Origin: Eledone cirrhosa
Taxonomy: Eukaryota
Direction of reading: 5' to 3'
DNA: 64,000 nt
Assembly: GCA_964016885.1 (NCBI GenBank)
Contig: OZ024741.1
Span: forward strand, 33,604,001-33,668,000
Below the pieces are notes generated by a model. That model did not search any database. It was not told where the DNA came from and saw only the letters and a list, made by a program, of their open reading frames with translations. This document shows positions 12,995-25,200 of this stretch, in pieces. Made by a program: the position numbers and the translations under genes. Each line of letters begins with the position of its first letter. The first letter of the stretch is position 1.

Positions 12995-13974
12995 ATTAAA
13001 ATAACAGATTAAAGTTTAAGCAAAGAATCGCTGCTTTCACCCTTAACGGGATCTTCTGAAACTAACAAAGTCAATCTGTAAACGCAGAACTGGATATTTC
13101 AAAAAACGTTGCAACCGGAGGAAGACAGGAAGACGATACTTTGGTTCGTGGTAACGTTCCCTGGCGAAGAACGGGAAAAAACGAATAATACGTCATTAAT
13201 AGGAGCGGTGAAAACAATTACGCGCAAAGACAGAACCACGTTTATGGTATAAAAGAGGTCGTAGACTAATGTTCTCTTAGGTGGTGCATAGAGACGTTCT
13301 CTGGCAATGAACGAAAAAACGAAGATAATAAGTCATATGTGGAGCGTAGAGAACAATAGCACGCAAAGACAAAACCACCTAAATGGTATAGCAGAAGTCG
13401 TAGACTAAAATTCTAACTAGGAGACCAAATGAATCTCCGCTACAGAGTTAAGAACAAAGTAAATAAATACAATACAGAAGTAATAGAAACAAATAAATAC
13501 ATACACGCAAACAGATACGTACATACACAAGCATACGCAAAACCTTACCATAGGTATACAAAACCACGCACATATAAATATGTGTGTGTGTGTATGCTTG
13601 TGTACAAATAAATAAATAATTATATAAACGTATATAAGTAAATAAATACGTATATAACAAGCGCACACACATACCTACAAATAAATACACGAATGTTCGG
13701 AGACGTAAGTCAACTAAAACAAGAAGTACACATATACACACACCCACCATACGTACGAACCTGCATACTCACGCAGACGTAAAACTCCCGTATACACATA
13801 CCCAAACCCTAAATACCCTAAATACTATTTGACTGTTATGGCGTATAATTTTTACATATTCTGGTATTTACGACCTCTTTTATACCATATACGTGGTTCT
13901 GTCTTTGCGCGTAATTGTTTTTCACCGCTCCTATTAATGACGTATTATTCGTTATTTAATCTGTTATTTTAATA
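12995..13974. mobile_element. Foldback-like element with terminal and subterminal inverted repeats
   Basis: Termini taaaataacagattaaa / tttaatctgttatttta; 13180-13263 is inverted at 13868-13953; diverged tandem duplicate 13156-13277 / 13297-13415. The left-end motif recurs at ~29290-29400, 59900-59950, 60298-60390 and 61650-61735. Confidence 0.6.
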
Positions 13975-14060
13975 AATATTTGCTCTACGGTTCTTATATA
14001 TTTGATATATATTTTCCTTATCGAGCCCTCTTTGGATTTTTGTCTTCAATTTTATTATTA

Positions 14061-14101
<41 letters not shown>

Positions 14102-14146
14102 GTATATGTATGTATATGTGTATATATATATATATATGTATATGTA

Positions 14147-14197
<51 letters not shown>

Positions 14198-14327
14198 ATG
14201 TATATGTGTATATATGTATATATATATATATATATATATGTATATGTATGTATATGTATGTATATATATATATATATATATGGGAACAAAGAATCAGTGT
14301 TGCATTGCATCATATACATATTTAATT

Positions 14328-14419
14328 ACATATTACATATGTTTCAGTGTCGATCAACTCGAAGAACGATCGATTAATGATCGAACCTGACTCTGGAATC
14401 GGAAGCTCCTCAGATATGT
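14328..14419 (-). ncRNA. Hammerhead-like motif with long stem II insert
   Basis: ACATAT-CTGAGGA-[~60 nt]-GAAAC-ATAT-GTA-ATATGT; stem I 6 bp, palindromic stem III, base of stem II mismatched. Confidence 0.5.
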
Positions 14420-14420
14420 G

Positions 14421-14460
<40 letters not shown>

Positions 14461-14660
14461 GGGAGTGTAACGTGAAGTTACTAGGTGAGCACTCGATGTT
14501 TAGGTTCACGTCAGTAGCGAGGTGTAATATAATAATACAAGGACGATTTGTTAAGCCTTTATGTTTATTGATTGGTGACGCGCGTTTCGCTATTGATCAG
14601 CTCAAGGTTCGATCTGTATCGATCTGGCCCAACTCAAAGGTTCATCGGACCTCAGTTGTA
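14461..14660 (-). mobile_element. Short hammerhead-bearing repeat (same family as 46660-46945)
   Basis: Shares ggagtgtaac...gagcactcgatgtttaggttcac; the minus strand carries GGT-C(C)GATGA...GAAAC-GCGC-GTC-ACC at 14574-14651. Confidence 0.65.
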
Positions 14661-14825
14661 GTATATATATACACACACGCTCTAAAATGTGTCGCAGCCG
14701 ACAAGAAGCAGTCTGAAACTAACCGGCAAGAGCTCAGCCGTTGGGCTCCGACTCTTTCTAATATAGTCACACTCTACTATCCCAAGTATGAATAATTGTC
14801 TAACTAGTTTTAAACCTTTTCAATC

Positions 14826-14868
<43 letters not shown>

Positions 14869-15504
14869 GGGGGGGGGTATATATTATACAGAGAGCGTAT
14901 TTATAGATATCTATAAAATGGTGCTTGTTTATGAATAAGTCTATTTATATACGGTATAGACTTAGGGCTTATAGAACGACAGAGAGAAAAGGTCAGGGAG
15001 TGACATGGATATATAGTATACATATGTGTGTATGTGCGTGTGTGTATTTAGGTGTGTATGAATGTATGTATACGCATATAAAAATGAGACGCAGTGATAC
15101 ATGCATACAGATACATATACGCTTACATGTTGGGGTGTGCGCATGACTGCGTATTTATCTATGTCTGTACACAGAACGCCAAAAGTCTAACGGAAGGTAA
15201 GAATTCAACCGGAACAGTAAGGACGAGAGGACTGACTGTCTTTAGCTAGGGTTCGCTGATACGAACGGATACAGGGATTAGAAACATATGACAAGCCTGG
15301 GTTTGTGAAGTAAAGAGATGCTTGCCCATCTGTTCTTTCACCACCACCACAGCCGCCATCACCATGTGCCCTCTTTCTTCTATCACTAAGTGACTTCATC
15401 CCACTATCTATCCAAGTTTTTCTCCCCTCTTAGTAACACAGCATTACAGATGTTGATCTATACCTCACTTCACTTATCTTTTCACGCTTCCTGTGTCTTA
15501 CTGG

Positions 15505-15947
15505 CAGGTTACCAAGCAGGTTGGCTGGCTTGTTGGCTGGTTGGCATGTTGGCTGGACGGCTTGTTGGCTGGTTGGCTGGTTGGCTGGACGGCTTGTTGG
15601 CTGGTTGGCTGGTTGGCTGGTTGGCTGGTTACAAGACAGGTTGGCTGGCTTGTTGGCTGGTTGGCTGGACGGCTTGTTGGCTTGTTGGCTGGATACAAGA
15701 CAGGTTGGCTGGCTGGTTGGCTGGACGGCTGGTTGGCTGGATGGCTTGTTGGCTGGTTGGCTTGTTGGCTGGTTGGCTGGTTACAAGACAGGTTGGCTGG
15801 CTGGTTGCTGGTTGGCTGGCTGGTTGGCTGGCGGGCTGGTTGGTTGGTTGGTTGGTTGGCTGGCTGGGTAGTTAGTTTGGCTGGTTGACTGGTTGGCTGG
15901 CTGGCTGGCTGGCTGGTTAGTTTGGTTGGGTGGTTGGCTGGTTGGTT
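15505..15947. repeat. (GGCT/GGTT)n compound microsatellite
   Basis: Direct reading. Confidence 0.9.
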
Positions 15948-16219
15948 ATATATATATATATATATAGTATATATATAGTATAAACATGTATGTGTGTTCG
16001 ATCATTGATTTTGGGGTCCAATTATGCCCACCACTCTAAATTGGAGGTTGGTTCATTTAAACTGGCCCTTCTTTGGGCTCCCTTCCAACAGATTGCGCAC
16101 TCTTTTCCTTATATATATATATATATATCGATCGACTTTCGTTAAGTTGGACCGAGGAAGCAATGTTTTCGTCGGTCTTTCCAGTTGCTAGTATTATCTA
16201 TCGGTCGCAACTCCAGGTA

Positions 16220-16295
<76 letters not shown>

Positions 16296-16515
16296 CGTTT
16301 CTGAATTTGTTTAGCAAGATTCTTTATCTGAAATCGTGTGTTGAAACCGATATTGTTATACTTTGGGAGGGTCATGTTGCCAATAAGAAACACACGCACC
16401 AGTTGCTTTCACTTCAATTTATTATATATTTATAAATTTATAAATTTACAAATCTACAAACTTATAAATTTCTGGTTGGTTGGTTGGTTCCACAACCAGA
16501 TAGTTGTTTATATAT

Positions 16516-16560
16516 AGTCATAGTCCTTTCGTCACACACTCTGTGACCTCTTCAGTGACT
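16516..16560 (-). ncRNA. Minimal type-I hammerhead ribozyme in PLE 3' UTR
   Basis: AGTCA-CTGAAGA-G-GTCACA gagtg TGTGAC-GAAA-GGAC-TA-TGACT, in sense with the RT ORF. Confidence 0.8.
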
Positions 16561-16794
16561 GGGGATTCCTTTCTTTGTTTCTGTGCCTTTCCTTTCTTCT
16601 ATCCTACGCCATTTTGTTTCTGTGTGTGTGTTGTGTGCTCAGTTTGCGCATACGCCACATCCGGGTGTCTGTGTGTGTTTGTGTTCATTTATCTATTTGT
16701 TTATTTATTTATTTATTTATTTATTGTTGGTTGGTTGTTTGTTCTATGTGTGTATGAGTTTTCATTTTGTCCTGTGTGTGTTTTCATTTTGTCC

Positions 16795-17838
16795 TTAATT
16801 GTAAGTTGTGATGTTGCTGTTCCACTCATATTTTCTATTTAATTTTGGTTGTAATTCTTTTATGCTTACTGCCTCTGTAATTTGCCTAAACATTGCATCT
16901 TTTCTGTGTGTGGATTCTATTTTTATTTCTATGTTCTCTAATCTACCCCTGTGTTCTATCTTAGCATGTTGGTAGAGCACAGATGATTCTTTATTATCTT
17001 GAAGGTCTCGCCAGTGTTCATTTATTCGTTCCCCTATACTACGAGCTGTCTCACCTATGTACACTATATTTTTGTTTCTACATTGTCCTTCAGTACATCT
17101 TATGCTATACACTACATTTCTAGTTTTACAGTTAATATGGGGGCTTATTTTACAGGTTATACATTTCTTATCTATACATGAGGGTCTTTGGAATGGGTAT
17201 GTCTTGCTAATAAGTGTTTTTACGGAGGTACCTGGTCTTTCTACTATCTTAATATTGAGTTTATGTTTATTTAGGGCCCTTCTAAATTTGTAGGCTAGTT
17301 CGCCTCTAGGGGTTGTATTGATGAACATTACACTCTGGTATTTATTGCTATCATACCATGAGTTTATTCTATTGGCCTTGTTCCTAGTTCTTTCTATTCT
17401 ATTCCAAAATTTGCTCCTATACAAGGGGCAGGTCCCATTTATGTCATTATTTACCATTTTTTCCCATTTGGTTCTGGCTCCTTTATACACTCTAATTCTA
17501 TCTCTCTGATTGTAGCCAGAGAACAGCATACGGTGGATGAAGTGTTGTATGTGTCTCTCTAGTTCTTCGGGGTTGCACATGCGGGACACATTTCTCATCA
17601 CCCGTACCAAATCCGCAATCAGTATGTTGATTTTGGTATGGTCCGAAATGGCCGAGTTTCGGTGGATCAGATGTTTGGAAGTCATGGGTTTGGCATAATG
17701 GGAATGGAGGATTTGTTTTTGGTTGTTAATGGTATCTAACCAGAGCTCTGTGTCTAGTACAGGTAATCGATGGTTGGGGTGTCTACTTGGGTAGTCTATA
17801 GTAACTCTAATGCTCTGGTGGATGGAGTTTGCTATTTG
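16795..17838 (-). CDS. PLE RT C-terminus plus GIY-YIG endonuclease (partial, open frame)
   Basis: LPVLDTELW, HYAKPM, CxxxxCxxC linker and GIY-YIG motifs, collinear with ORF 39579-42456. The N-terminal ~40 aa of the listed ORF come from the inverted UTR. Confidence 0.8.
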   Translation of the reverse strand, partial: QIANSIHQSIRVTIDYPSRHPNHRLPVLDTELWLDTINNQKQILHSHYAKPMTSKHLIHRNSAISDHTKINILIADLVRVMRNVSRMCNPEELERHIQHFIHRMLFSGYNQRDRIRVYKGARTKWEKMVNNDINGTCPLYRSKFWNRIERTRNKANRINSWYDSNKYQSVMFINTTPRGELAYKFRRALNKHKLNIKIVERPGTSVKTLISKTYPFQRPSCIDKKCITCKISPHINCKTRNVVYSIRCTEGQCRNKNIVYIGETARSIGERINEHWRDLQDNKESSVLYQHAKIEHRGRLENIEIKIESTHRKDAMFRQITEAVSIKELQPKLNRKYEWNSNITTYN

Positions 17839-17984
17839 CAACCAACCAACCAGAAATTTATAAGTTTGTAGATTTGTAAATTTATAAATATATAATAAAT
17901 TGAAGTGAAAGCAACTGGTGCGTGTGTTTCTTATTGGCAACATGACCCTCCCAAAGTATAACAATATATATATATATATATATA

Positions 17985-18314
17985 TTGGTAAACGGAATAG
18001 AAAATGCTGACAAATTCTTCACAGTGACAAATAGTTTAATTAGGAATAAATGAGAATTAGTAATTGTATTGATTAGTATTCAGTTTTGGTTTTAAGTTTT
18101 ACCGGTTGCGCATTTCTAATGCTTTTCAAAAATAATTTTGAGATAGAGCGTCCGTGATGTTTGCTCTGATCAGAGCAAACATCACGGACGCTCTATCTCA
18201 AACTTAAAACCAAAACTGAATACTAACCAATACAAATACTAATTCTCACTTATTCCTAATTAAACTATTTTTCACTGTGAACAATTTGTCAGCATTTTCT
18301 ATTCCGTTTACCAA
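17985..18314. repeat. ~330-bp palindrome
   Basis: Axis at 18169/18170 (ctctga|tcagag). The arms are complementary apart from a few mismatches and an extra segment (~18099-18136) in the left arm. Confidence 0.9.
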
Positions 18315-18549
18315 TATATAATAACTTGTGTGTTACACCTCTATTCTTTTAAATATATATATGTATATATAATTATGAAACGAAGCGTATCGATTAGAAT
18401 GATCACAGCTTCGGTCGTTTTTTTCACTCATTCAATAGTTTATTTAAGTCTGTATTATTAAAATACGAACCTAACCTATTAGAGTGTAGACTTATATGTT
18501 AACAAGAGAGGAAGGCGACTTCGTGTGGGTAGGAAATATGTGTTATATT

Positions 18550-18639
<90 letters not shown>

Positions 18640-18696
18640 CTTCATAACACCATCAGACGTCGATGGAGATATGCAATTCGTCACGCTCACCAGCGA

Positions 18697-18925
18697 TATA
18701 GACGACACTAAACTGATGCTAGAGATCAAGGCAAACGATCATAGCTATGTACTCAATCACGGCTCAGTTGCTATATAGACGGCACCAAACTTATGCTAGA
18801 CATCAAGGCAAACGATCATAGCTATGTACTCAATCACGGCTCAGTTGCTATATAGACGACACTAAACTAATGGTAGACATCAAGGCAAACGATCATAGCT
18901 ATGTACTCAATCACGGCTCAGCTGC
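18697..18925. repeat. ~75-bp tandem repeat, 3 copies
   Basis: tatagacgacactaaact..tgctaga.atcaaggcaaacgatcatagctatgtactcaatcacggctcagttgc occurs three times. Confidence 0.85.
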
Positions 18926-18954
18926 TCTATCATCAGTATGTTCCCGCAATGATG

Positions 18955-20412
18955 CAACCAGTCGTTGGAGTGCCACTCTAGATGTGCCACTGGTACAGCT
19001 AGTTGTTGGGATGTCACTCTAGATGTGCCACTGGGACAGTCAGTCGTTGGGGTGTCACTCTAGACATGTCACTGGTGCAGCCAGTCATTGTGGTTCCACT
19101 CTAGATGTGCCACTGGTACAGCCAGTCGTTGGGGTTCCACTCTAGATGTGCCACTGGTACAGCCAGTTGTTGTGGTGCCACTGGGACAGCCAGTCATTGT
19201 GGTGCCACTCTAAATGTGCCACTGGGACAGCCAGTTGTTGTGGTTCCACTCTAGATGTGCCACTGGTACAGCCAGTCGTTGGGGTTCCACTCTAGATGTG
19301 CCACTGGTACAGCCAGTTGTTGTGGTGCCACTGGGACAGCCAGTCATTGTGGTGCCACTCTAAATGTGCCACTGGGACAGCCAGTTGTTGTGGTTCCACT
19401 CTAGATGTGCCACTGGTACAGCCAGTCGTTGGGGTTCCACTCTAGATGTGCCACTGGGACAGTCAGTTGTTGTGGTTCCACTCTAGATGTGCCACTGGGA
19501 CAGCCAGTTGTTGGGGTGCCACTCTAGATGTGCCACTGATGTAGCCAATCGTTGGGGTTCACTCTTGATGTGCCACTGGTGCAGCCAGTCGTTGGGGTGC
19601 CACTCTAGATGTGCCTCTGTTGCAACCAGTCGTTGGGGTGCCATTCTAGATGTGCCACTGTTGCAACCAGTCGTTGGGGTTCCACTCTAGATGTTCCACT
19701 GGTACAGCCAGTTGTTGGGGTTCCACTCTAGATGTGCCACTGTTGCAACCAGTCATTGTGGTGCCACTCTAGATGTGCCACTGGTACAGCCAGTTGTTGG
19801 GGTGCCACTCTAGATGTGCCACTGGGACAGCCAGTTGTTGTGGTATCACTCTAGATGTGCCGCTGGTACAGCCAGTCATTAGGAGGCCACTCTAGATGTG
19901 TCACTGGTGCAGTCAGTCGTTGGGTGCCACTCTAGATGTTCCACTAATGTAGCCAATCGTTGGGGTGCCACTCTACATGTGCCACTGGTGCAGCCAGTCG
20001 TTGGGATGTCACTCTAGATGTGCCACTATTGCAACCAGTCATTGTGGTGCCACTCTAGATGTGCCACTGGTACAGCCAGTTGTTGTGGTATCACTCTAGA
20101 TGTGCCGCTGGTACAGCCAGTCATTAGGAGGCCACTCTAGATGTGTCACTGGTGCAGTCAGTCGTTGGGTGCCACTCTAGATGTTCCACTAATGTAGCCA
20201 ATCGTTGGGGTGCCACTCTACATGTGCCACTGGTGCAGCCAGTCGTTGGGATGTCACTCTAGATGTGCCACTATTGCAACCAGTCATTGTGGTGCCACTC
20301 TAGATGTGCCACTTGTGCAGCCAGTCGTTGAGGTGCCACTGGTACAGTCAGTCGTTGAGGTGCCGCTCTAGATGTGCCACTGGGACAGCCAGTTGTTGGG
20401 GTTCCACTCCAG
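18955..20412. repeat. ~41-bp minisatellite inside an RTE 3' end
   Basis: Unit gccactctagatgtgccactggtacagccagtcgttggggt, with variants and higher-order blocks. Confidence 0.92.
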
Positions 20413-20668
20413 ACGCTTTCATAGTCAGCCATCGCCATTGGTCTCTAATCTCCGACATGTGTAGCAGGGTCTCGGTGATATGACCACTCATGTCTTTGAT
20501 GTTGTCGGACCAGGATTTTCTTTGTCTACCTCTTCCTCACCCTCCTTTGACTATCCCCTGAAAGAAGTTGTGGCGAGATATATGACCATACCAGGCAAGC
20601 TTCCACCTTTTCACCATCGCAAGGCGTGGTTCTCGTCTTCCAACATGTTTGTTAACTTTCTGTCTGAC
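20410..20668 (-). pseudogene. RTE-clade LINE 3' fragment
   Basis: VRQKV..LAMVKRWKLAWYGHISRH..FQGIVKGG*GRGRQRKSWSDNIKD..RDQWR. Confidence 0.85.
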
Positions 20669-20762
20669 AATTTTCAACTGTTGAAAATTGCAAACTTGAC
20701 TGTAAATTTTAAAGGATTGTAAATAAAACGAGTAAATCAGACAAAGTTGGAATTCATTTTAT

Positions 20763-20835
<73 letters not shown>

Positions 20836-20856
20836 TGTATAGTTGGATGCATATAT

Positions 20857-21278
20857 ATTAGGTGGGAAACCTTTTCCTGTTGAAAGGCCGCATTTGGTTA
20901 CTTGTAATAGAATAGGGCCGCGTTCAAGAAACTAATTGTGTTCTTAAATTCTACATTATTTTGTAAAAAAATCTAATTACTAAGTACTAATTATCTAAAG
21001 AACGAAAAGAAAATTAATTTTAAAGCTAACATCCTTTTAATATCTTTGTTGTGACTGCTTATTGTAGGAAAGTATTTTAATATTTGGTTGCAGTATGGAC
21101 GTCCAAAGTTCCAACTGAACCCCGAGATGGTATTATTCGCAGCAATAAGTGGTTTAAATTAAAATAATAAGAGATAGATAAAAACATATAAATGAAAATT
21201 AAAAATTAGTTGGAGATTTTTCATTCTTTCAAAAGGTCACACAGAATGGCATAGAAGGCCGCAGGTTCCCCATCTCTG
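20857..21278 (-). mobile_element. Internally deleted hAT (Charlie/SPIN-like) element
   Basis: TIR-like ends aggtgggaaacct / aggttccccatctctg with GGCCGC subterminal motifs; the minus strand encodes TSILQPNIKILSYNKQSQQ, resembling a Charlie transposase C-terminus. Confidence 0.6.
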
Positions 21279-21375
21279 TATCAGGTGATTCAGTAGATTT
21301 ATTATTTACTGATGAAGACTCAATATGAGCACTCTATGCTATATCAGAATGTATATATTAAGAAGAACAAGACAA

Positions 21376-21599
21376 GGTTTCACATTTAGGTTTATATTGA
21401 TTAGACTCAGTTACGTACGTTTCATAGATGGGTGGCTCAGAACCCATATTTGAATCTCTGATTTTGCTTGATTAACAAAAGTCTGATGTGTAGATTGGAG
21501 TTGGAGTTGGGTCCATAACACACATATGGATATTGAACCATCCATCTGTGAAACATACGTAATTGAGCTTAATCAATAAAGACCTCAATGTGAAACCTG
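21376..21599. repeat. Inverted repeat with decayed hammerhead
   Basis: 21376-21435 is complementary to 21538-21599; CTGATGT (21483) ... ccatctgt GAAAC ATAC GTA (21550-21561). Confidence 0.55.
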
Positions 21600-21945
21600 C
21601 TGGATTGGCATTATCGATTGAGAGTCGGACGCCATGCTTTGACGCAGAGAGTTACGGCCCTTGCCATTCTGAATTCAAATCCCGCCGAGGTTAACTTTGC
21701 CTTTCATCCATACGGGGTCGATAAAATAAAGTACCAGTAATGTACCGGGTAATTGATGGCCTTGTGCCAAAAGTAGAAATAATAATAATTATTATTATTA
21801 TTATTATTATGTACTGGAAGAGGGTCGGACCCCTTGCTTTGCAGCAAATAGTTATGGCCCTTTATGATCTGAGTTCAAATAAAGTACCGGTAATACACTG
21901 GTATAATTGCTGACCTTGTGCCAAAAGTAGAAACAATTATTATTA
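21600..21945 (+). mobile_element. Two tandem family A SINEs (second internally deleted)
   Basis: tRNA-like head with A-box-like tggcattatcg and B-box-like ttcaaatcc; body ccgaggttaactttgcctttcatcc...gtaccagtaat...ggccttgtgccaaaagtagaaa, then (ATT)n. Confidence 0.8.
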
Positions 21946-22014
<69 letters not shown>

Positions 22015-22022
<8 letters not shown>

Positions 22023-22486
22023 CAAATTTAGACGGGAACAAAACAGAGAGACAGACAAATAAAGGTTTATTAGGTTCACGCTCATATATATATATATATA
22101 AATATAAATTAGCGAGAATCGTATTTCGGCTTTGGAAATTAGCGAAAAACAACTTCCGAGATGTGTGGTAAGCGCATAAATTCTAACGAACCAGAGCTAC
22201 AATATACGTTAAAAGGCCAAACACACTGAGACGATGGTTAAACTATTATCCGCACAGCCATAGAAACGACCAAGTAATTCGGGTCAAACAAATAAAAAAA
22301 ATATATGATTGAAAAATTTACCCGGACCCCTGGATGGTTGGTGAAAGTCCAGCATTTGGGTTTCTGCGACTCCTAAATCAAGTACTGTCTGCTTAGACAA
22401 ATAATGTTAAGCTTCTGGTAAGATGATTGTACAATATATATAAACCTTTATTTGTCTGCCTCTCTGTTTTGTTCCCGTCTAAATTT

Positions 22487-22494
<8 letters not shown>
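22015..22494. mobile_element. (TA)n-flanked element with ~55-bp terminal inverted repeats
   Basis: tagtgcaaatttagacgggaacaaaacagagag.cagacaaataaaggttta is inverted at 22441-22494; a related single end lies at ~12140-12210. Confidence 0.7.
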
Positions 22495-22530
<36 letters not shown>

Positions 22531-22543
22531 TATAATAATATGA

Positions 22544-22742
22544 AGGTATGTAAATTGGCAGTAATTTGAGTGTAAATTGAATGGATTAGAGGTGAAAATG
22601 AGTTTTAGAAGAGGAAAGTTTCTTTGGCTGGTATTGCTGCTGCTGTTGTTGTTGTTGTTTTCTGCAGGGACAGAGTGGGTGTCGAGGTAGTCAATGTGGG
22701 GTGCTGTAGGTTTATATGGATCTTGGGAATATAATTAACCGA

Positions 22743-22786
<44 letters not shown>

Positions 22787-23205
22787 TGGCCTGGGGAACC
22801 GGTTACGCGCTGAGGAAGCTCTAGAATAACAGTAATACAATATCAGGCGAACTAAATTATTAAATCGTACTATGGTTTCTAGGGCGTTCGTTAATGCATG
22901 TGTGTGTCTGTGTGTCTGTGTGTCTGCGCGCGCGCGCGTGTGTGTTTCTATGCGTGCAGCCATACACGGTAATTATATCTCATCATATTCCTATTTCGGT
23001 TAATTATATTCCCAAGATCCATACAAACTTACAGCACCCCACATTGACTACCTCGCCATCCACTCTGTCCCTGCAGAACAACAACAACAACAACAACAAC
23101 AGCAGCAGCAGCAATACCAGACAAAGAAACTTTCCTCTTCTAAAACTCATTTGCACCTCTAATCCATTCAATTTACACTCAAATTACTGCCAATTTACAT
23201 ACCTC
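22544..23205. repeat. ~200-bp inverted repeat (possible old PLE 3' end)
   Basis: 22544-22745 is complementary to 22993-23205. Confidence 0.75.
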
Positions 23206-23399
23206 AACCTTAAACTTACCCACGACCCATTCCTAACATGTCCACTTACCCACATACCTAACTTAATTTCTTTAGTCATTATACTCCCTTCTTCCCCTCC
23301 CTTCTTCCCTCCATCCCCTTTTCCCCCTCCCGTCTTCCTGCCTTTCTTTCTTTTCCCTTTTCCTCATCATCACCTCTGTTAATTTCTTACACTATACAC

Positions 23400-23465
23400 C
23401 CCACCACCGCACACACATCATTATTGCAATCACCACTACCGTCGCCAACATCCTTTTCACAATCC

Positions 23466-23508
<43 letters not shown>

Positions 23509-23634
23509 CACCACCACCACCACCACCACCATAACCATAACCACAGCCACCATCACAACAACATTCACCACTACTACTACTACTACCACCATAACCATAA
23601 CCATAGCCACCATCACAACAACAATCACCACTAG

Positions 23635-23699
<65 letters not shown>

Positions 23700-23733
23700 T
23701 AACCATAACCATAGCCACCATCACAACAACAAT

Positions 23734-23781
<48 letters not shown>

Positions 23782-24500
23782 CATAACCATAGCCACCATC
23801 ACAACAACCACTACTACTACTACCGCCACCACCACGCCAACAATAACTACATTCAACACCGTGTTTCTTCTTTTTATGGCTTTCAGTTTGCTTAAATTCA
23901 TCATCACCATCACCACCTCCATGCTTCCCGAGATACGCCAACACTACACCTAATGTCCCCCCCACACACACACACATACACACATGTATATCTTGACTCA
24001 TACACTATTCCCTGACATTTGTGTATTATTCTATGTACTATACATGCACCTTTGACGAGTTGTAGTGCACCTGAGCACTGTACACAATAATTTCATTATT
24101 TTTTTTTTTATCATCATCACTATCATCATCACCATCATCATCATCACCACCACCGCCATCATCATCACTACCACCATCATCATCATCATCATTATCATCA
24201 CCACCACTACCATCATCATCACTACCATCATCATCATTATCATCACCACCACCGCCATCATCATCACTACCATCATCATCATCACCACCACCACCATCAT
24301 CATCACTACCATCATCATCATCATTATCATCACCACCACTACCATCATCATCATCATCACCACCACCGCCATCATCATCACTACCATCATCATCATCATT
24401 ATCATCACCACCACTACCATCATCATCATCATCACCACCACCGCCATCACTACCACCATCATCATCATCATTATCATCACCACCACTACCATCATCATCA
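23400..24500. repeat. (CAC/TAC/CAT)n compound trinucleotide repeats
   Basis: Direct reading. Confidence 0.9.
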
Positions 24501-24507
24501 CATGACT

Positions 24508-25015
24508 GAAAAGTCAAACTCGTTCAGCGCATCGGTAGGGGTTCTCCTACATGGATATAAAGTAGTGGCCGTACTCGAAAACGAGTTGGCAGCCACCATG
24601 TATGTAAGTATGTATGTATGTTGACTACCAGGCTGCTGTTGGGGATGCTACTCATCATGCTTGCCAAACATGTGGTAGAGAATGTAAATCAGCAGGAGGG
24701 CTCAAACGACATGCAAAAGTACACGAACTCCAACCACAGCCGACTATTCCCAGTGAATGTTTTGGTTGCCGACTCTATGGAAGACATTTTAGATCATTGG
24801 CTGGTCTAAAACGCCACATTCGATCGCAGCGCTGTTAGTTGCTATCGTGTGTGTGTGTGTAGATATGTTTATGTGTGTGGGTGTGTGTGTATATATATGT
24901 ATATGTATATTATTATTGTTGTTGTCGTTATTATTATTGTTGTTATTATTATTATTATTATTATTGTTATTAATGTATGTGTGTGTGTATATATATGTGT
25001 GTATATATGTATGTA

Positions 25016-25076
<61 letters not shown>

Positions 25077-25200
25077 TTCTTTTTTTATTTTTATTTTATT
25101 TTTTATTTATTTATTAATTTTTTTTTTCTCCTCGTGCAATGGCCATACTCGATAACGAGGGGGCAGCCATCATGTATGTATGTATGTATGTATGCATGTA
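24508..25200 (+). mobile_element. Two tandem RTE 3' ends, the second with C2H2 zinc-finger remnants and split by microsatellites
   Basis: Tail ggccgtactcgaaaacgagttggcagccaccatg(tatg)n at 24567-24620; CQTCGRECKSAGGLKRHAKVH / RHFRSLAGLKRHIRS*; related tail ggccatactcgataacgagggggcagccatcatg(tatg)n at ~25140-25195. Confidence 0.75.

Larger units (their letters stand above)
16294..17966 (-). mobile_element. 5'-truncated GIY-YIG Penelope-like element with short inverted 3' copy
   Basis: Contains RT thumb plus GIY-YIG (NVVYSIRC...YIGETARSIGERINEH); 17839-17966 is an inverted copy of ~16348-16487; both ends in (TA)n. Confidence 0.9.

Noticed and set aside
23387-24517. Gly/Ser/Cys-rich or Asp/Gly-rich structural-protein ORFs
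   Set aside because: These are degenerate trinucleotide arrays open in multiple frames, with no signal peptide or splice support.
24614-24838. Host C2H2 zinc-finger gene
   Set aside because: It lies between two RTE-type 3' tails, its second finger is broken, and the same motif ends the RTE-derived copies at 26-27 and 51-52 kb.
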